Under the pieces are notes generated by a model, which was not told the DNA's origin, searched no databases, and saw only the letters and a program-made list of their open reading frames with translations. A stretch of 30,389 bases of DNA from a virus (Duplodnaviria > Caudoviricetes): positions 1 to 30,389 of the IMG/VR virus record IMGVR_UViG_3300021960_000334. One strand, 5' to 3'. A program made the translations under genes and the position numbers. How positions within the stretch are numbered: position 1 is the stretch's first letter; each line of letters starts with the position of its first letter. Positions 26,599 to 30,389 of the stretch are shown piece by piece.

Positions 26599-26997
26599 TT
26601 ACCACCAACTATCATAAACTACTTTGTAGCCATCTTTAATTGCTTGTAGTCCATTCTTAACAAACTCAAGGTCATAAGCATCTTGTTCCTTAACTTCTTC
26701 TGTGTCATAGTCATAACTATCATGACCAAAGAAGAAGCCTTGAGTATCAGGTAATTTCTTCTCCTTAATATACTTTTGTAATCTATTGAGGTCAATCTCA
26801 TCTAACTCAATAGGAACACAATTAAATACTTGAGGAATATCACCATTTGGATTTGGGCAACCCTGTTCTTCCCAAAGCATCTGCATAAACCCATGCAATC
26901 TGTTGTGTTTTCTCCAACTAGCAAGGTCAACATCATTTTCATTCTCTTGCCTTAAATCTTCCGACTTAGTTTTCCACGCATACATATCTAATCCCAT
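26599..26997 (-). CDS. Conserved phage early protein (MGLDMY...WRK.N.LH family)
   Basis: Motifs MGLDMY, WRKHNRLH, LP.T.GFFFG, Y.SWW; function unknown. Confidence 0.8.
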   Translation of the reverse strand: MGLDMYAWKTKSEDLRQENENDVDLASWRKHNRLHGFMQMLWEEQGCPNPNGDIPQVFNCVPIELDEIDLNRLQKYIKEKKLPDTQGFFFGHDSYDYDTEEVKEQDAYDLEFVKNGLQAIKDGYKVVYDSWW

Positions 26998-27182
26998 ATT
27001 TTTTCCTTTTCTTAGTTAATAGGAGTATAGACTATCGCCCTCTAGAGTTAATAGCAATAGCCTATATTTCTAACAACTAATTTATACTTACTTCGGTTAT
27101 GTTACTTGACTTAGTTCGCATACTTGTGTACTGCTTTTTATAACCTCATCCCTTTTAATTTTTCTGCTTAGTATAAATAAGT

Positions 27183-27404
27183 GAGCAGTTTTATTGAAGG
27201 CAAATTGCAGTCATTAGTCATACTCAGGACTCCTCTCTAGATTTTCAGGACTTCCACCAATTGGCACTAGATACCTGTGAGATGTAAGGCACATAAAAGG
27301 TCGTAGCAAATCCATATCCCAATCTTCTATTATGTTTAATATATAATTACTTATATAATACCTTACAAATTTGGGAGCAGTTTATCAAGTCATACTCAGG
27401 ACTC
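27183..27404 (-). ncRNA. Cluster of H-type pseudoknot elements (two STAXI-like copies plus a third distinct one)
   Basis: GAGTCCTGAGTATGACT...AAACTGCTC at 27404-27375 and 27232-27183: AGTC/GACT stem, loop GAGTA pairs with 3' TGCTC. Confidence 0.6.
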
Positions 27405-27414
27405 GGAGATGTTC

Positions 27415-27588
27415 CTATATTAATCTTGAAAAGAAATTGAATTGATTGTTCAACTGGATAAATACTTGTACTTGCCATATCAATACAGCACTATTAAATA
27501 TTATCCCAAAGAAACCAATCCATACTAATATTTTAGCAATCATTTCTTTTTGGCTATGTCTTAACCACACTCTTTTATTCTTTCTCAT
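27415..27588 (-). CDS. Small early membrane protein
   Basis: Start refined to ATG 27588 (TAATG coupling); basic N-terminus then a TM segment. Confidence 0.6.
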   Translation of the reverse strand: MRKNKRVWLRHSQKEMIAKILVWIGFFGIIFNSAVLIWQVQVFIQLNNQFNFFSRLI

Positions 27589-27806
27589 TACATTTCTCCC
27601 CAACCCGCAGAGGTCAGCCAATCATTATCTGCCTTGACATTTGCCTCGTGGTTTCTAATACTTCTCATCTTTTCCTTATCGTTCTCGCAATCATCACAAA
27701 TTGCAATCCTACCATAAGGATTAGTGTATCCACATTTAGTTAATACAGGCTTATAATCAATGCCCGTATCAATAAAATATTCAACCTCATTAATACATCT
27801 TTCCAT
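27588..27806 (-). CDS. Early hypothetical protein, 4 Cys (possible Zn finger)
   Basis: C...C...CDDC; TAAGGAG RBS. Confidence 0.75.
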   Translation of the reverse strand: MERCINEVEYFIDTGIDYKPVLTKCGYTNPYGRIAICDDCENDKEKMRSIRNHEANVKADNDWLTSAGWGEM

Positions 27807-27866
27807 TTTTCTTTCTCCTTAGTTATAAAGAGTTTGGACAGTAGCCCTCGATACTGCCCAAAGTTT

Positions 27867-28145
27867 TTACAACTCAGCTAGTAAAAGATTAGCCTTTCTC
27901 GTTGAAATTTCATAACCTTTATGAATAAACTTTCGTTTAATAATTTTATCATCAACATAAAATCTAAACTCTTTCATGCTGTTATCGTAAGTTTTACAAG
28001 TTGTCCTGTGTGTTAGAAAGGGGTGGGAGTTTACGCTACTTGTTCCCACTCTTACTTTAACAACTCCATCTGCTTTTACCCCGTAGGATTTATCAGACTT
28101 ATAAGCACAACTTTTAATTATATTCCATATTGGATATTGTCTCAT
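27867..28145 (-). CDS. Basic early hypothetical protein
   Basis: AAGGAG RBS; 92 aa. Confidence 0.75.
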   Translation of the reverse strand: MRQYPIWNIIKSCAYKSDKSYGVKADGVVKVRVGTSSVNSHPFLTHRTTCKTYDNSMKEFRFYVDDKIIKRKFIHKGYEISTRKANLLLAEL

Positions 28146-28209
28146 TTTTGTATCTCCTTGCTAGTTAAAAGAGTTGAGGCACTCTTGACGAATGCCCCAA
28201 GTTTTTTAG

Positions 28210-28377
28210 CTAGTCCTCATCAATACAATGTATCAGTATTTGAGATTCGGGAACATGGTGTTCATCTGAGGCTTGTTTGATGAGTATGAGTTCAGCCTCT
28301 TTCTCTGTAAATGCCTCGATATATTCCCAATGATTGGTAATGATGTCAAAGCCTATGTGGAAAGTTTTCTTCTCCAT
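28210..28377 (-). CDS. First early gene, 55 aa
   Basis: Start refined to ATG 28377 (AAGGAG); shares a 17-bp leader with the next gene. Confidence 0.7.
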   Translation of the reverse strand: MEKKTFHIGFDIITNHWEYIEAFTEKEAELILIKQASDEHHVPESQILIHCIDED

Positions 28378-28546
28378 TTGGTATCTCCTTGCTAGTTTAA
28401 ACGCAATAAGGCACACGCATAAAACATGTATGCCTTACAACTTTTAAACTAAGTACAAGCTAGGATTTATTGCCCCACTTGTAACGCTAACCAGATTTTT
28501 AAAGAGCAACACATGGACAGGAAAACACACGCATTTAATACCTTAC

Positions 28547-28574
28547 ATAATACACACCTTGCTATAAAAGTCAA
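28547..28574 (-). promoter_or_regulatory. Early sigma70 promoter
   Basis: TTGACT-16 nt-TATTAT with an AT-rich upstream region. Confidence 0.7.
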
Positions 28575-28620
28575 GCACTTTCTTCAATTAATTTAAAACT
28601 ATTGCATATAAATATATTAA

Positions 28621-28767
28621 TGAGAACATCTATCATATGCTACTGAGAACCATTCGCAATTAAGAATTATTCCTAGATGAGAACCATTCGCATTAAGCGT
28701 AGATGGTAATTATTCGCATTTGCGAGTCAGTCGCAAGTAAGAATGCAAATGATAGTCATTCTCATTT
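28621..28767. promoter_or_regulatory. Tandem array of Fur-box-like 7-1-7 palindromes
   Basis: 15-mers at 28621, 28644, 28661, 28678, 28704, 28721 and 28750, e.g. AAA-TGATAGT-C-ATTCTCA-TTT and TGAGAAC-C-ATTCGCA (twice). Confidence 0.72.
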
Positions 28768-28927
28768 AGAAAAACCCCGAAAGTCGACCCCCAGACCACC
28801 CAAATCGTGCGTGTGCCCACACACAGAATCTAACCTCCATGTAAAATTATTATTTTTTGAGTAATTTCCCCGCACAGCTACCCCGAATTCGGGCACAATG
28901 AATAAAATACTTACACAAACTAAGAAA

Positions 28928-28943
28928 TTTATGGTATAATATT
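28928..28943 (+). promoter_or_regulatory. Extended -10 promoter, copy 1
   Basis: tttaTGgTATAATatt, identical to 29074-29089. Confidence 0.65.
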
Positions 28944-29073
28944 GCTTATATTTTAAGTTAACTAAGCTACTATACCTAGAACCAAACATATAAAGTTACA
29001 TTGAACCCATCATCATTGTTGATATAAATTAAATGAATCACTTTGTATATATTCTAGGAATAGCATAAGCAAT

Positions 29074-29089
29074 TTTATGGTATAATATT
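29074..29089 (+). promoter_or_regulatory. Extended -10 promoter, copy 2, directly before terS
   Basis: TGgTATAAT ends 8 nt before ATG 29095. Confidence 0.7.
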
Positions 29090-29094
29090 AGTAT

Positions 29095-29682
29095 ATGGCA
29101 AATAAAGGAACAATTTCTGCTGACTCCGAAAAGGAAATCAAAGAAATAGAAAAAGAATTAGAAGAAGAACTACGCTATGCAGTAGCATCATCTAAAGGTA
29201 TAGTACCAGCAGATGCTGTAATTAAGATTGAGCGTAAGAAAGGCCGACCTACTGGTGGACTTAGTGCAGAATCTAAGAAAGCTGGAGGTAAAAAATCTAG
29301 AATTAAACGTGGACAAATATATAAACCTACAGATGACGATTATTCTAAGGTAGAAGAAATGGTTTGTATAGGTTTAGACCAGCATACTATAGCCAAGATT
29401 ATGGGTATTTCTAATGCCACCCTAAATAAATATTATGCACACAATTTATCTGTAGGAAAAGAAAAGCGTACCGCAAGGGTTGCCGGAGTTGCCTATGAAA
29501 TGGCAGTTTCAGGTGAATCTCCTAGCATGACTACGTTTTGGTTAAAGACTCAGGCCGGATGGTCTCCGAAACACCACGTTGTTGTAGAAGATAGACAGTT
29601 TGACATACAATGGGCCAGCGATGAAGCTGACATTGCGGATGCAAATCAAATATTAAGGAACAAGGATAGCAAAGTACACTAG
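29095..29682 (+). CDS. terS: Terminase small subunit
   Basis: HTH (IAKIMGISNATLNKYY), FWLKTQAGW motif, directly upstream of terL. Confidence 0.75.
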   Translation: MANKGTISADSEKEIKEIEKELEEELRYAVASSKGIVPADAVIKIERKKGRPTGGLSAESKKAGGKKSRIKRGQIYKPTDDDYSKVEEMVCIGLDQHTIAKIMGISNATLNKYYAHNLSVGKEKRTARVAGVAYEMAVSGESPSMTTFWLKTQAGWSPKHHVVVEDRQFDIQWASDEADIADANQILRNKDSKVH

Positions 29683-29687
29683 TATTT

Positions 29688-30389
29688 ATGCAAGAGGAGA
29701 GGAAATCTATTGTAATTCCCTATACACCTAGGGATTTACAGAAACACTTACATACTAATCTAGATAGATTTAATGTAGTTGTATGTCACAGAAGGTTTGG
29801 TAAGACTGTATTTGCAATTAATCAGTTAATTAAAAGTTCTGTAGAAGATATACAAGCTGGTAAAAGAGCACCACGCTATGCATACATAGCACCACTGTTT
29901 AAGCAGGCAAAGACAGTAGCATGGGATGAACTTAAAAGACTATGTGCTGTATTTCCTGAAGTAAAGTTTAACGAGGCAGAACTAAGAGCCGACTTTATGG
30001 GAGCGAGGATACAGCTATACGGTGCAGACAATTACGACACTCTCAGGGGAATTTATTTAGATGGGGTGGTGCTTGATGAGTACGCTCAGATGAACCCTAA
30101 GATGTTCTCTGAGGTTATAAGGCCGGCACTCTCAGATAGGAAAGGTTATGCTATATTTATTGGTACACCTAAAGGTAAGAACGAATTTTATGATTTATAC
30201 CACTCTGCCCCAGAGAAGAAGGGATGGGCTAGATTCTTATACAAGGCGAGTGAAACAGGAATACTAGATAATGAAGAACTGGAACTTGCGAAACAAGATA
30301 TGGCAGAGACTGAATTTGAACAAGAATACGAGTGTTCTTGGTCTGCTGCACTTAGAGGTGCGTATTATGCTAAAGAGATTGAAACTGCT
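29688..30389 (+). CDS. terL: Terminase large subunit, 3'-truncated (absent from ORF track)
   Basis: MQEERKSIVIPYTPRDLQ..., Walker A CHRRFGKT, YIAP, LRGIYLDGVVLDE Walker B, FIGTPKG. Confidence 0.93.
   Translation, partial: MQEERKSIVIPYTPRDLQKHLHTNLDRFNVVVCHRRFGKTVFAINQLIKSSVEDIQAGKRAPRYAYIAPLFKQAKTVAWDELKRLCAVFPEVKFNEAELRADFMGARIQLYGADNYDTLRGIYLDGVVLDEYAQMNPKMFSEVIRPALSDRKGYAIFIGTPKGKNEFYDLYHSAPEKKGWARFLYKASETGILDNEELELAKQDMAETEFEQEYECSWSAALRGAYYAKEIETA

Noticed and set aside
27289-27312. Resemblance to ToxI RNA (GATTTGCTAC..CTTT.A.GTGC on minus strand)
   Set aside because: The 5' stem strand needed for the ToxI pseudoknot is missing and there is a single copy; likely chance.
27214-27315. 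33-aa minus-strand ORF (MDLLRPFMC...)
   Set aside because: Weak RBS and it overlaps two predicted RNA structures; unsupported.
27375-27404. Hammerhead ribozyme
   Set aside because: CUGAGUAUGA/UAAAC does not fit the CUGAnGA/GAAA core and lacks the three stems.
28621-28767. CRISPR mini-array
   Set aside because: Units are 15 bp, degenerate, and separated by only 2-14 bp with no spacer-sized gaps.
28762-28989. 75-aa minus-strand ORF; likewise + ORFs at 25382, 25498 and 28023
   Set aside because: They span promoters or terminators or lie antisense to better-supported genes.

Overview
About 30 kb of an AT-rich, apparently lytic marine-type podovirus genome with two oppositely transcribed arms. 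The + arm (1-16248, resuming at 29095) is the late/virion region: a three-gene envelope module with a nidogen (NIDO)-like protein, three tiny Lys/Arg-rich proteins, two holin-like proteins, a LUZ24/PaP3-like tail set, internal/ejection proteins, an HExxH metallopeptidase with a small partner gene, then TerS and the start of TerL. The - arm (28377 down to 16238) is the early/replication region: small early genes separated by long hairpins, SSB, T7-like primase-helicase, family A DNA polymerase, DUF3310, Cas4-like exonuclease, B12-dependent class II RNR, RusA-like resolvase and other nucleases. No phage RNA polymerase, integrase or tRNA was seen, and the promoters are sigma70-type. The replication arm resembles cobaviruses/Zobellviridae. 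The most striking non-coding signal is a tandem array of about 7 Fur-box-like palindromes (28621-28767) just upstream of the first early promoter, a candidate iron-regulator decoy or iron-sensing switch. Also notable: a cluster of pseudoknot RNA-like elements (27183-27404), RNase III-like hairpins, and codon-level avoidance of GATC and CCWGG. All family names come from motif recognition and memory, not database searches.
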